The translations under genes were made by a program, and so were the position numbers. This document shows positions 9,498 through 19,008 of a stretch of 64,000 nt of DNA, piece by piece. The stretch comes from Myxococcota bacterium (GTDB lineage: Bacteria; Myxococcota_A; UBA9160; UBA4427), in assembly GCA_965250285.1 (NCBI GenBank), contig OZ252299.1:5312001-5376000 (forward strand), in the 5' to 3' direction. How positions within the stretch are numbered: the stretch's first letter is position 1; each line of letters starts with the position of its first letter. A model generated the notes under the pieces. It was not told the origin of the DNA. It did not search any database and saw only the letters and a program-made list of their open reading frames with translations.

Positions 9498-11531
9498 TCA
9501 GCTCGCGGGCGTGTACCAGATCGGCGAGGTCCAGGCGCGCTCCTGCTGGCTGGCCATCGCCCGGTGCTCGTCGGTGCAGCAGGCCTCGAGCGCCTCGGGC
9601 ACCGTCGACGGGTCACTGCAGACGACGCCGGCTTCGTTGCACACGTACTGGCTCCAGCGGCAGGTCGGGTTCTCGAGCACGCGGCCGTACCAGAGCGCGG
9701 GCTCGCTCGGGTCGAATTCGGGGTCGCTCCACACGGTACAGAGCTCGGCGTGCCCCGCCCCCTTCGGTTCGCAGGTGTCGAGGTCGACGCTCGCGCCGTT
9801 CTCGCTGCCGGCGACGTCGAACACCTTCTCTTTCACTTCACCGTCTTCGACCCACACCTTGATGATCTGCAGCCGCTGAAGGGGCGTGCCCGGTGCCCCC
9901 GGCGTGCCCGCGTCGCCCAGTGCGCGGAACGCGAAGCGCGGCGTCGCCTCGGCGTCGGGCCGCGCCGCGAGGTCGCCCCCCATCGGTACGCCGTCGGCGT
10001 AGCCGGTCTCGACGAAGCCGGCGTCGCCGCAGAGCTCGGCGTCGTAGCCCCAGCCTCCGAAGAGGCGCACGACCGGACGCGTGCCGCTCGTGCCGTAGGC
10101 CTCGCGGCGCGTCATCGCGGCGAAGAGCGACTCGCGGGTGTTCTCTTCGGCCCAGAGCACCGAGAGACCGCCCGGGCCGAACTCGAGGTCGTCGGGGAAG
10201 CCCACGGCGAGGCCCTCCCCCTGGCCCATGCCCGCCCCGCCGTGGCCGGGGTGGTTCTTCTCGCTGGTGAGACCGGGGGCGGCGATATGGGTGTCGGTGG
10301 CGCCGATGATGCCGAACTTGAGCCCGTTCACGCCGAGCGACTGCTGCTGCTGCAGGCCGCGGCCGAGGCCGTCGCGCACGTAGCTCTTGGCGGGCGGGCG
10401 CTGCTGCGTCGTGCCGAAGCTCGAGAACTTCGCGCCGAATCGGTCGTAGGGCAGCTTCTCGAAGGCGCACTGCTCGTCGTTGCGACCCGGGCGCATGTCG
10501 CACTCGCTGTCGCCCTTGTGCTGCATGATCTCGACGAGCGGCTCCCAGCGCTGACGCAGGCGCGCTTCTTCTTCGGTGACCGGGGGGCCGCTGTCGCCGG
10601 CTGCATCGACCTTGGCGCTCTCGAACATCAGGCCCCCCGACAGGTTCGAGTTGTGCGGGATCGTCAGGACGTCGCACCCCTCGGCGCCGTCGAGGCATTC
10701 GGCCTGGAGCTTCTCCCAGAGCTCGGCCGCCGACTGCGTCTCGACCCAGCTGATCGCACGATCGGGGACCGAGTGGCTCGAGAAGATCACGTTGCGGTGC
10801 AGGTTCTGGCCCTCGCCGACGGTGGCCGTCCACTCGTAGGCGTTGAAGCTCGTGAAGGTGCAGGCCGGGCTGCGGTCGTACGCCTGCTCGGCCGCGCGCT
10901 GAATCTCGACCCAGACCTTCTTCGCCTGGTCGAGGCAATCGACGCCCTCCTCACCGCAGAAGCCCCAGCGCGTCTTCTGCACGAGCGTTCGCCCCGAGAT
11001 CATGCGGAAGCCGACCGAAGGCCAGTTGCGGTGCAGCCAGCAGACCCAGTTCGAGTAGCCGTCGCGATCGGGATGCATGCACACGTCGACCTCACCGAGC
11101 AGCTCGGCATGGTCGGTGACGGCGACGAAGTCGAGGGGACGGTCGAGCTGCATCGTGCGCAGCGCGTTGCCGTCGGCGTCGTAGGGCTGCAGGCCGAGTC
11201 GCTCGCCCTTCGCGAAGCGGTAGGCGTCGTGGGGGTCGTTGCGCGTATCCTGGCTGCTCGCATCGAACGAGTACGACGTGTGGACGTGGGTGTCGCCGAA
11301 GAAGGGCTTTCGCAGCGCATCTCGGTGGTCGCACGGCACGTGGGGCGGCGGCGGGCCATCGGCGAAGATCGGGGTGTCGCTCGGCTCGTCGGAGCGCGGG
11401 GGCAGGGGCTGGCCGCACGCGACGCACGCCAAGAGCAGGGCGATCGCGGCCGCCAGGGCGACGAGACGGTGGGTCGACGCAGCGTGGTGTCGGGGCGAGT
11501 CGGTCTGGGGATCGAGTCGGCGGCTCGTCAT
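9498..11531 (-). CDS. DUF3604-like secreted PHP-fold metalloprotein, probable lipoprotein
   Basis: FFGDTHVHTSYSFDA, LDFVAVTDHAE, AYEWT, NLHRNVIF, IPHNSNLS, EIMQHKGDSEC, TDTH, YGTSG, QERAWTSPIWY; hydrophobic leader ending LLACVAC. Confidence 0.82.
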   Translation of the reverse strand: MTSRRLDPQTDSPRHHAASTHRLVALAAAIALLLACVACGQPLPPRSDEPSDTPIFADGPPPPHVPCDHRDALRKPFFGDTHVHTSYSFDASSQDTRNDPHDAYRFAKGERLGLQPYDADGNALRTMQLDRPLDFVAVTDHAELLGEVDVCMHPDRDGYSNWVCWLHRNWPSVGFRMISGRTLVQKTRWGFCGEEGVDCLDQAKKVWVEIQRAAEQAYDRSPACTFTSFNAYEWTATVGEGQNLHRNVIFSSHSVPDRAISWVETQSAAELWEKLQAECLDGAEGCDVLTIPHNSNLSGGLMFESAKVDAAGDSGPPVTEEEARLRQRWEPLVEIMQHKGDSECDMRPGRNDEQCAFEKLPYDRFGAKFSSFGTTQQRPPAKSYVRDGLGRGLQQQQSLGVNGLKFGIIGATDTHIAAPGLTSEKNHPGHGGAGMGQGEGLAVGFPDDLEFGPGGLSVLWAEENTRESLFAAMTRREAYGTSGTRPVVRLFGGWGYDAELCGDAGFVETGYADGVPMGGDLAARPDAEATPRFAFRALGDAGTPGAPGTPLQRLQIIKVWVEDGEVKEKVFDVAGSENGASVDLDTCEPKGAGHAELCTVWSDPEFDPSEPALWYGRVLENPTCRWSQYVCNEAGVVCSDPSTVPEALEACCTDEHRAMASQQERAWTSPIWYTPAS

Positions 11532-11695
11532 GGCGGGCGCTCCTGCGCAGCATGCGGTGCGGTGCTCTTCGCGACGCTGAACCGTAGTGCTTCGCCGTCG
11601 ACGGTGCCGTCGGCGCGGGCGGCACCGACGCGGGGTGGATCCCACGGCGCAGGTTCGCGTTCCGGCCCGATTCCGTGGTCTACTCGATCGTTCTC

Positions 11696-13564
11696 TTATT
11701 CGATGTAGCCGAGCGCGCGCAGCTCATCGGCCTTGTCTTCGCTGATCTCGCGCTCTTCGGGCTCGTCCGCGGCCATGTTGCGCAGCGTCTCGGCTTCGAC
11801 GCGCGCAGCTTCCTCGAGCAGGTACCGAACGAGGATCGGATGCTCGCGCGCGACGCTGCGGGTCTCGCCCGGGTCGACTTCGAGGTCGTAGAGCGCGAGC
11901 GGGTTCTGGGCGCCCTTGCGCTTCACGAGCTTCCAACGCCCCTGACGGATCGCCGTTCCGAAGAGGCCGGCCGAGACCCCGATCGCAGGAGGCTCGCCGT
12001 CGACGGCGCCATCGCCGAGCTCCATCAGCGGCCGCAGACTGCGACCGTTCAGGTCGCTCGGCAGGTCGACGCCGGCATAGTCGGCCAGGGTCGGCAGCAG
12101 ATCGACGTGCTGCGCGAGCGACTCGATGCGACGTGGCTCGTGCTGATGGGGCGCCTTGGTGAGGAGCGGCACCTGCAGCAGCTCTTCGTGCAGGGTCTTG
12201 CCGTGGCCGCGCTGGCCGTGCTCCCAGAACGCCTCGCCGTGGTCGCTGACCAGCACGATCAGGGCCCCGTCGTAGAGGCCGCGCGCGCGTAGCTCGTCGA
12301 GGAAGAGACCGAACTGATGGTCGTTGTGCGCGATCTCGGCTTCGTAGAGCGACTCGAGCTGGGCGCGTTCGCGGGGATCGACCTCGTGGCCCTGGCGCAC
12401 CTGCTCGTCCATCTGCCGCACCGACTCCATGCTGCCGAGATCGAAGCGGTCGAGCTCGGGCACGAAGCGGTTCTTGAAGGGCTCGGGCGGAAAGTGCGGC
12501 GTGTGCGGGTCGAGCACGTGCACGTAGAGGAGGAACGGCTGCGCGGGCTCGAGCCCGTCGAGCCAGGGCCAGACCGCGGCCTGGGCGATGTCGCTGTCGA
12601 TCGCGGGCTTGTCGGCGCGAAAGCCGGTGATGCCCTCGACGTCGGGCGCACGCCCCTTTTCGCGCACGAAGTGATCGAAGCCCTGGTCGAAGCCGAAGTC
12701 GGCATCGACGAGCCCGTTGGTCACGACGGCGGCCGTGGCATAGCCGTCGTCGCGAAAGAGCTCGGCGAGGGTCTCGGCCGATTCGGGCAGGACGCCTTGC
12801 ATGGTCATGATGCGATGCACGCGCGCGAACAGGCCGGTGAAGATCGAGGCGACCGAAGGCTTCGTCCACGGGGCCTGGGCGATCGCCTCTTCGAAGACGG
12901 TCGCCTGCTCGGCGAACCCGTCGATCTCGGGGGTGAGGCCGCTCGGGTTGCCGTAGGCGCCGAGTTTGTCGGCGCGCAGCGTATCCATCAGATAGACGAT
13001 GACGGGGGGCTGCACCTCTTGCGCGCCGCGCTCGGCCGCCGGTGGGGCAGGCGGGCCGTAGATCACCGGCGCGACGAGCACGAGCGGGCTCGGGCTCGGG
13101 GCCGGGGCGCGTACGGTGACGCGGGCGACGCGGCCGGCGAAGTCGTCGAGGGGGACGCGGCAGGGGGCGCCGCACTCGGCGAGGCGAACCTCGCGCTTCA
13201 GGCCGCCGTCGGACGCGACCTGCAGCATCGCGCCGCTCGCGACGAGGGCGCCTTCGACGGCGAGCGCGGCGAACCCGCCGTGCGGGGCGGGGATGCGCAC
13301 CGTCCACGAGGCCGACGAGCCGGGGGGCAGGGTGATGCGTTCGCCCTCGCGACGCGGCTTCGCGCCGGCGGGGTTCGCCCGCACCGTGCCGAAGCGCAGG
13401 GCGGTGGCGAGATCGAGCCGCACCTCGGCGGCGTCGACGCCCGAACCGCCTCGATCGCTCATCCAGAGCTCATGGCCGATCCACAGCACGCCGACCGCGA
13501 CGACGACGAGCACGACAGCGCCGAGCGCCCTCGTGAGGCGAGGATTCGAGGGTCGCTCAGCCAC
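11696..13564 (-). CDS. Membrane-anchored sulfatase-like hydrolase/transferase (alkaline phosphatase superfamily)
   Basis: YLMDTLRAD, QAPWTKPSVASIFTG, DPHTP, SDHGEAFWEHG, GHG, HVDLLPT, LRALGYI; N-terminal TM segment; GTG start inferred. Confidence 0.85.
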   Translation of the reverse strand: MAERPSNPRLTRALGAVVLVVVAVGVLWIGHELWMSDRGGSGVDAAEVRLDLATALRFGTVRANPAGAKPRREGERITLPPGSSASWTVRIPAPHGGFAALAVEGALVASGAMLQVASDGGLKREVRLAECGAPCRVPLDDFAGRVARVTVRAPAPSPSPLVLVAPVIYGPPAPPAAERGAQEVQPPVIVYLMDTLRADKLGAYGNPSGLTPEIDGFAEQATVFEEAIAQAPWTKPSVASIFTGLFARVHRIMTMQGVLPESAETLAELFRDDGYATAAVVTNGLVDADFGFDQGFDHFVREKGRAPDVEGITGFRADKPAIDSDIAQAAVWPWLDGLEPAQPFLLYVHVLDPHTPHFPPEPFKNRFVPELDRFDLGSMESVRQMDEQVRQGHEVDPRERAQLESLYEAEIAHNDHQFGLFLDELRARGLYDGALIVLVSDHGEAFWEHGQRGHGKTLHEELLQVPLLTKAPHQHEPRRIESLAQHVDLLPTLADYAGVDLPSDLNGRSLRPLMELGDGAVDGEPPAIGVSAGLFGTAIRQGRWKLVKRKGAQNPLALYDLEVDPGETRSVAREHPILVRYLLEEAARVEAETLRNMAADEPEEREISEDKADELRALGYIE

Positions 13565-13716
13565 CCCGCGAACATGCCACAGCGTGGCCCGAGCGTCGCC
13601 GCCGCTCGGGCCGAGGCGCACGTCATGACGCGGCGACGGCCTCGCAGGCCGCGCTCCGGCAGCCGCGGCCTCGTGTAGAATCCCGCGCGCCCCCGCCCAC
13701 CCCGCCTGGAGCCCCC

Positions 13717-14775
13717 GTGACCCGAGACAGCGACCCCGGTGCCGATGCAGGTGGTGTCGATCTTCATCGACTCGCCGCGTGGATGGACGACCAGGGGCTC
13801 GCGGGCGGCGACATCGAGTCGGTCGAGCTGCTCGGCGGCGGCACCCAGAACATCCTGCTGCGTTTCGAGCGGGGCGGTCGCCCCTTCGTGATGCGGCACC
13901 CGCCGCCCCACAAGCGCAAGAACAGCGACGAGACGATGCGCCGCGAGGCGCGGGTGCTTGCGGCGATTGCCGGCAGTGACGTGCCGCATCCACCGCTGAT
14001 CGCGGCGTGCGGCGACACCGACGTTCTCGGCGCCGCCTTCTATCTGATGGAGCCCGTCGACGGGTTCAACCCGACCCAGGGCCTGCCGCCGCTGCACGCC
14101 GGCGATGCGGCCGTGCGCCATCGCATGGGCCTCTCGATGGTCGAGGGCATCGCGGCCCTCGGTGCCGTCGACCACGAGGCCGCGGGCCTGGCCGACTTCG
14201 GCAAGCCCGACGGCTATCTCGAGCGACAGGTTGCGCGCTGGCAGGCGCAGCTCGACAGCTATGGCGAGTTCGAAGGCTATGAGGGGCCCGACATCCCCGG
14301 CGTCGACGACGTCGCGCGCTGGCTCGAGGCGAACCGCCCCGAGACGTTCGAGCCGGGCATTCTGCACGGCGATTTTCATCTCTCGAATGTGATGTTCCGG
14401 CCCGACGGCGGAGACCTCGCGGCGATCGTCGACTGGGAGCTGTCGACGATCGGCGACCCGCTGCTCGATCTCGGCTGGCTGCTCGCCACCTGGCCCGAAG
14501 AAGACGGCAGCGGAGCGGGCAAGATCGGCATCCAACCCTGGTCGGGCTTCGCGACGCCCGACGAGCTCGTCGCGCACTATCGTGCGCGCAGCGAACGCGA
14601 CGTCGACGCCATCGCCTGGTACGCGGTGCTCGCCTGCTACAAGCTCGGCATCATCCTCGAAGGCACACACGCTCGGGCCTGCGCCGGCAAGGCGCCGAAG
14701 GCGACCGGCGACGTCTTGCACGCGACGACGGTGGGTCTCTTCGAGCAGGCCCTGCGGCGGATCGCGTCGGCGTGA
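13717..14775 (+). CDS. Phosphotransferase (APH/ACAD10-11 N-terminal-like) family protein
   Basis: GGTQN, REARVL, FYLMEPVDG, LHGDFHLSNV, DWELSTIGDPLLDLG. Confidence 0.9.
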   Translation: MTRDSDPGADAGGVDLHRLAAWMDDQGLAGGDIESVELLGGGTQNILLRFERGGRPFVMRHPPPHKRKNSDETMRREARVLAAIAGSDVPHPPLIAACGDTDVLGAAFYLMEPVDGFNPTQGLPPLHAGDAAVRHRMGLSMVEGIAALGAVDHEAAGLADFGKPDGYLERQVARWQAQLDSYGEFEGYEGPDIPGVDDVARWLEANRPETFEPGILHGDFHLSNVMFRPDGGDLAAIVDWELSTIGDPLLDLGWLLATWPEEDGSGAGKIGIQPWSGFATPDELVAHYRARSERDVDAIAWYAVLACYKLGIILEGTHARACAGKAPKATGDVLHATTVGLFEQALRRIASA

Positions 14776-14908
14776 TTCGGCCCGCGGATGGAACGACACG
14801 GGGCCCGGCGGGCTCTGGTTCGAACGGGCTGCGCTCCGCATTGCGCGTCGGGGCGTGCGTGCTGCCCGCGCTCGCGCCTGCCGCACAACGGACCCACGGA
14901 GGATCGGC

Positions 14909-16204
14909 TTGAGCAACGAAGCGAACGGCGATGACGGCGCCTTCCAGGGCGCCGGTGCGCTGACGACGCGCATCATGATCGGCCTCGCGTTGGGCATCGC
15001 GTTCGGCCTGTTCCTGCACTTCGTCGGCGGCACCGGCACGATGGTGCGCGACCTGGTCGACGGCACCCTGCACGTGGGCGGCTCGGTCTTCATCGCGAGC
15101 CTCAAGCTGCTGATGGTGCCGCTCGTGCTGGTTTCGCTGATCAGCGGCACCACCGCGATGGACGACGTCACGAAGCTCGGCCGCGTCGGTGCGCGCACTC
15201 TTGGGCTCTATCTGCTGACCACCGCGGTCGCGATCACCCTTGCGATCACCGCGGCCGTGGTCCTTCAGCCGGGCGACGGCTTCGACGTGCCGATGGCGAT
15301 CCCCGACTTCACGCCCAAGCCGCAGCAGACGCTGACGCAGACCCTCATCGAGATCTTCCCGACGAACCCGATCAAGGCGATGGCCGAAGGCCGCATGCTG
15401 CAGATCATCGTGTTCGCGATCCTGTTCGGGCTCGCGCTCAACGTCTCGGGCGAAGCCGGCCGCCGGCTCAAGGAGACCTTCGACGACCTCAATGAGGTGA
15501 TCCTGCGCCTGGTCGCGCTCTTGATGCAGATCGCGCCGATCGGCGTGTTCTGTCTCGTCGCCCGCGTCTTCGCGAAGCAGGGCTACGCGATCTTCGATGA
15601 CCTGCTCGGCTACTTCGTCATCGTACTCGGCGTGCTCGCCGTGCACATGCTGGTCACGTATCCGCTGCTGCTGCGCATCTTCGGCGGTCTCGACCCGCTC
15701 GTCTTCTTCAAGAAGCAGCGCGCACCGATCACCGTGGCCTTCAGTACGTCGAGCAGCGCGGCGACGCTGCCGGTGACCCTGCGCAACACCGAGGAGCGGC
15801 TGGGTGTCGACAACTCGGTCGCGTCGTTCACGATCCCGCTCGGCGCCACCGTCAACATGGACGGCACCGCGATCATGCAGGGCGTGGCGACGGTCTTCAT
15901 CGCTCAGGTCTATGGCATCGACATCGGGCTCCAGGGCTATCTGAGCGTCGTGCTGACCGCGACGCTCGCCTCGATCGGCACGGCCGGTGTGCCCGGCGTC
16001 GGGCTCGTGATGCTCGCCATGGTGCTGCGGCAGGTGAACCTGCCGGTCGAGGCCATCGGCCTCATCATCGGCATCGATCGCATCCTCGACATGGCCCGGA
16101 CGGCCGTGAACATCACCGGCGACGCCGCGGTGAGCTGCATCGTGGCGAAGCGCGAAGGGCAGCTCGACGAGGCGGTCTACGCCGACCCCACGGCCGGGGC
16201 GTAA
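14909..16204 (+). CDS. Dicarboxylate/amino acid:cation symporter (DAACS/GltP family)
   Basis: AFSTSSSAATLP, GATVNMDGT, ASIGTAGVPG, DRILDMARTAVNITGD; TTG start after GGAGGA. Confidence 0.93.
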   Translation: MSNEANGDDGAFQGAGALTTRIMIGLALGIAFGLFLHFVGGTGTMVRDLVDGTLHVGGSVFIASLKLLMVPLVLVSLISGTTAMDDVTKLGRVGARTLGLYLLTTAVAITLAITAAVVLQPGDGFDVPMAIPDFTPKPQQTLTQTLIEIFPTNPIKAMAEGRMLQIIVFAILFGLALNVSGEAGRRLKETFDDLNEVILRLVALLMQIAPIGVFCLVARVFAKQGYAIFDDLLGYFVIVLGVLAVHMLVTYPLLLRIFGGLDPLVFFKKQRAPITVAFSTSSSAATLPVTLRNTEERLGVDNSVASFTIPLGATVNMDGTAIMQGVATVFIAQVYGIDIGLQGYLSVVLTATLASIGTAGVPGVGLVMLAMVLRQVNLPVEAIGLIIGIDRILDMARTAVNITGDAAVSCIVAKREGQLDEAVYADPTAGA

Positions 16205-16208
16205 CCCG

Positions 16209-17552
16209 GTGAGCGAGGGCGCGTCGCCCGAGCCCGAATCGCCGGGCGAGCGCATCCCGAACCCGTGGTGGATCCTGCCCTTCCTCGGGCGCATTCCGAT
16301 CGGCGTCGGCCGGCAGCACGTGCGCCTGCTCGGGTTCGTCGCGCTGGCGATGTTCTTCGAGAACTACGACATGTCGCTGCTGACGTCGGTGCTCAAGTAT
16401 CTGGCCGATGACTTCGTGCTGAACGAGGCCGAGCTAGGCACGTTCACGGGTTGGATCCGGTTCGGCACGCTGCCTGCGTTCTTCATCATCCCGTTCGCCG
16501 ATCGCATCGGTCGCAAGCGCATGTTCATGATCTCGGTCGTGGGCATGAGCGCTGGCACGTTCCTGACGGCGTTTAGTCCCGATCAGTACTGGTTCGTCGC
16601 GTTCCAGGTGCTGTCGCGCTCGTTCATGTTGACGGCGGCCGCGGTGGCCTTCGTGTTCATCACCGAGGAGTTCCCGGCCGAGCACCGCGGCTGGGGCATC
16701 GGGATGCTCGGCGCGGTCGCGGCGCTCGGCTTCGGTGTCGGCGCGCTCATCTTCGCGGCGATCGAGGTGTTGCCCTACGGATGGCGCGCGCTTTACATCT
16801 TTGGCGTCGTGCCCGTCTTCTTTCTCGGTCGCATTGCGAGTGGTCTGCCCGAGACGAAACGATTCGAGGCCGCGAAGGGGGCGTCGGGCACCTCGGCCGG
16901 GGCCGCCGAGCCCGACTGGCGCTCGAAGCTCGGCCCCCTCGAGCCGGTCTTGATGCTGGCGACGACGCGTCCGCGTCACGCGATCGGTGTCGTCGGCCTC
17001 GGCATGCTGGGCGTGATGGGGACCGCGGTGGCGTTTCAGTTCACGGGCAAGTTCGTGCTCGACGTGCGCGGCTGGGAACCGTGGCAGTACTCGACGATGT
17101 TCATCATCTGTGGTGCCGTCGGCGTCGTCGGGAGCCCGTGGGCGGGACGCATGGGCGATCTCTACGGTCGCCGCCTGCTTGCCGCGATGATGCTCGGCAT
17201 CTATCCGATGTGGGTCTTCGCGTTCTACCTCGGCCCCGGCTGGGCGACGCCATTCGCGTGGATCGGCATGGTCTTCGGCTCGATGTCTTCGAGCGTGATG
17301 ATCCGCGCGCTGACCAACGAGACCTTTCCGACCTCGCATCGGGGCACGGCGGGCGGCTTCTTGTCGCTCATGGAGACGCTCGGGGCCGCACTCGGGCTCT
17401 TCGCCTTCGGCTATTTCATGAACATCGTCGACGATCAGGGTCTGGTCATCGGTGTGCTGTCGCTGATGACGGTCGTCTCGGTGTTCAGCTTGCCGCTCTT
17501 CCCCGAGACCCGCCGCCGCGAGCTCGAAGAGATCCAGGCGAGCGAAGACTGA
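16209..17552 (+). CDS. MFS transporter
   Basis: About 12 TM segments; ADRIGRKR, EEFPAEHRG, GDLYGRR, ETFPTSHRG, PET motifs. Confidence 0.9.
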   Translation: MSEGASPEPESPGERIPNPWWILPFLGRIPIGVGRQHVRLLGFVALAMFFENYDMSLLTSVLKYLADDFVLNEAELGTFTGWIRFGTLPAFFIIPFADRIGRKRMFMISVVGMSAGTFLTAFSPDQYWFVAFQVLSRSFMLTAAAVAFVFITEEFPAEHRGWGIGMLGAVAALGFGVGALIFAAIEVLPYGWRALYIFGVVPVFFLGRIASGLPETKRFEAAKGASGTSAGAAEPDWRSKLGPLEPVLMLATTRPRHAIGVVGLGMLGVMGTAVAFQFTGKFVLDVRGWEPWQYSTMFIICGAVGVVGSPWAGRMGDLYGRRLLAAMMLGIYPMWVFAFYLGPGWATPFAWIGMVFGSMSSSVMIRALTNETFPTSHRGTAGGFLSLMETLGAALGLFAFGYFMNIVDDQGLVIGVLSLMTVVSVFSLPLFPETRRRELEEIQASED

Positions 17553-17562
17553 GCGCCGGCGC

Positions 17563-18810
17563 TCAGGTGATCTTCTCGGACGGCACGTCGAAGTACTCCT
17601 GGTAGCGGCGCACCTTCTCTCGCTCGGCGCCTGCGTCGAGGCCGAGCTCGCTGTAGTGGTGCACGTGTCGGCCATCGCGGTCGTCGGGGTTCGACTCGAC
17701 GTAGTCCTTCATCTTCGCCGCGACGTCTTCGCGCAGCTCCATGCCGAACTGCTCGTAGATGCGACGCACGCCCCCGATCGGATCGGAGAGGAACTCGCGA
17801 AACTGCAGGTCGACGAAGCGGTCGCTCGGCACCGCGCCGCTCTCGCGAAAGTCGACGGCGCGTTCGTAGCCGAGGCCGAGGTACTCGCTCCACTCTTCGG
17901 CGATGTCGGTCACGTCGATCGCATCACTGCACATCTTGCGCAGCACGACGTGCAGGCTGGTGAGCGATGACAGCACCTTGAGCGGGTCGCGGTGCGTCTG
18001 GATGAAGCGCGCCTCGGGGTACTCGGCGATCACGTCGTTCAGATACCAGAGATGCGCGGGCGACTTGACCACCCAGCGTTCGCCGTGATGCTTCGACTGC
18101 AGCAGCTGCAAGAATCGGCGATGCGCCTGATAGACGCTCTTCATGTCGGCGTCGTGCAGGCACCAGCGCGCGTAGCTCGGCGATCGCCACGTGACGCTGA
18201 AGATGACGCTCGCGAACTCGTAGGCGGTGAAGCGCACGCACTCTTGCGGCAGGTCACCGCCCATGCGGTGGATGCGCTTGAAGTCGGGGATCAACCGCTC
18301 CGACTGGTCGAGCTGCAGCTGCGACTCTTCGATGCGCGGGTCTGTGTAGTACGTCGCGGTCTCGGGGGGCGGTGTCGGGTGCTCGACCTCCCAGGTGAGC
18401 GGCACGCGGTTGGCCGGATCGAGCGTGAGCAGCTCGTGCAGGATCGTGGTGCCCGTGCGGCCCTGGCCGACGATGAAGATGGGGCGCTCGACCTTCTCTT
18501 CGGCGAGCTCGGGGTGCTGCTTCCAGTAGTCGCGCACCTCGAGACGATTGGCGAGGCAGCTGGTGACCTCCTGCTGCACGATCATGCGGCCGAGCGGCGT
18601 GAGCGAAGCCTCGTGTTCGCAGCTGTCGAGCAGCCGCTCGAGCCCGACGCGAAACCCGTCGTCGCCGAAGTCGTCGAGGCCCGTCTTCTTCTGTGCGCTC
18701 TCGATCAGTGCTTCGGCGTCGAGGCGGCCGAGCGGAAACCCGACGGCGCGCAAGCCGCGACCGACGGTGTTCATTGCGCGCGCGCCCAGCGGAAGGACCG
18801 GCGGCTCCAT
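17563..18810 (-). CDS. PAPS-dependent sulfotransferase family protein
   Basis: PIFIVGQGRTGTTILH (5'-PSB), WVVKSPAH, THRDP (3'-PB); ATG after GAGGAG. Confidence 0.9.
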   Translation of the reverse strand: MEPPVLPLGARAMNTVGRGLRAVGFPLGRLDAEALIESAQKKTGLDDFGDDGFRVGLERLLDSCEHEASLTPLGRMIVQQEVTSCLANRLEVRDYWKQHPELAEEKVERPIFIVGQGRTGTTILHELLTLDPANRVPLTWEVEHPTPPPETATYYTDPRIEESQLQLDQSERLIPDFKRIHRMGGDLPQECVRFTAYEFASVIFSVTWRSPSYARWCLHDADMKSVYQAHRRFLQLLQSKHHGERWVVKSPAHLWYLNDVIAEYPEARFIQTHRDPLKVLSSLTSLHVVLRKMCSDAIDVTDIAEEWSEYLGLGYERAVDFRESGAVPSDRFVDLQFREFLSDPIGGVRRIYEQFGMELREDVAAKMKDYVESNPDDRDGRHVHHYSELGLDAGAEREKVRRYQEYFDVPSEKIT

Positions 18811-18872
18811 GATGCGACTCCTCGTGCGTTCAACGCCCGGTGACGGGATCGGTGGTCGACGCAGAAGTCTAG

Positions 18873-18933
18873 TGCGCAAACGCGTCTCCGCCGTCTGCGC
18901 AAATGCGTCTGCGCCGTCTGCGCCGTCTGCGCG
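18873..18933. repeat. Tandem 23-bp direct repeat plus a 9-bp subunit
   Basis: tgcgcaaacgcgtctccgccgtc and tgcgcaaatgcgtctgcgccgtc (2 mismatches), followed by tgcgccgtc. Confidence 0.7.
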
Positions 18934-19008
18934 ATCGCGTTCGCGCCGTTGCGAGAAAGCTTGCCGGCTCAGTCGAGAAACGAGCGATGGGCGGTCGAGC
19001 GTTCGCTG

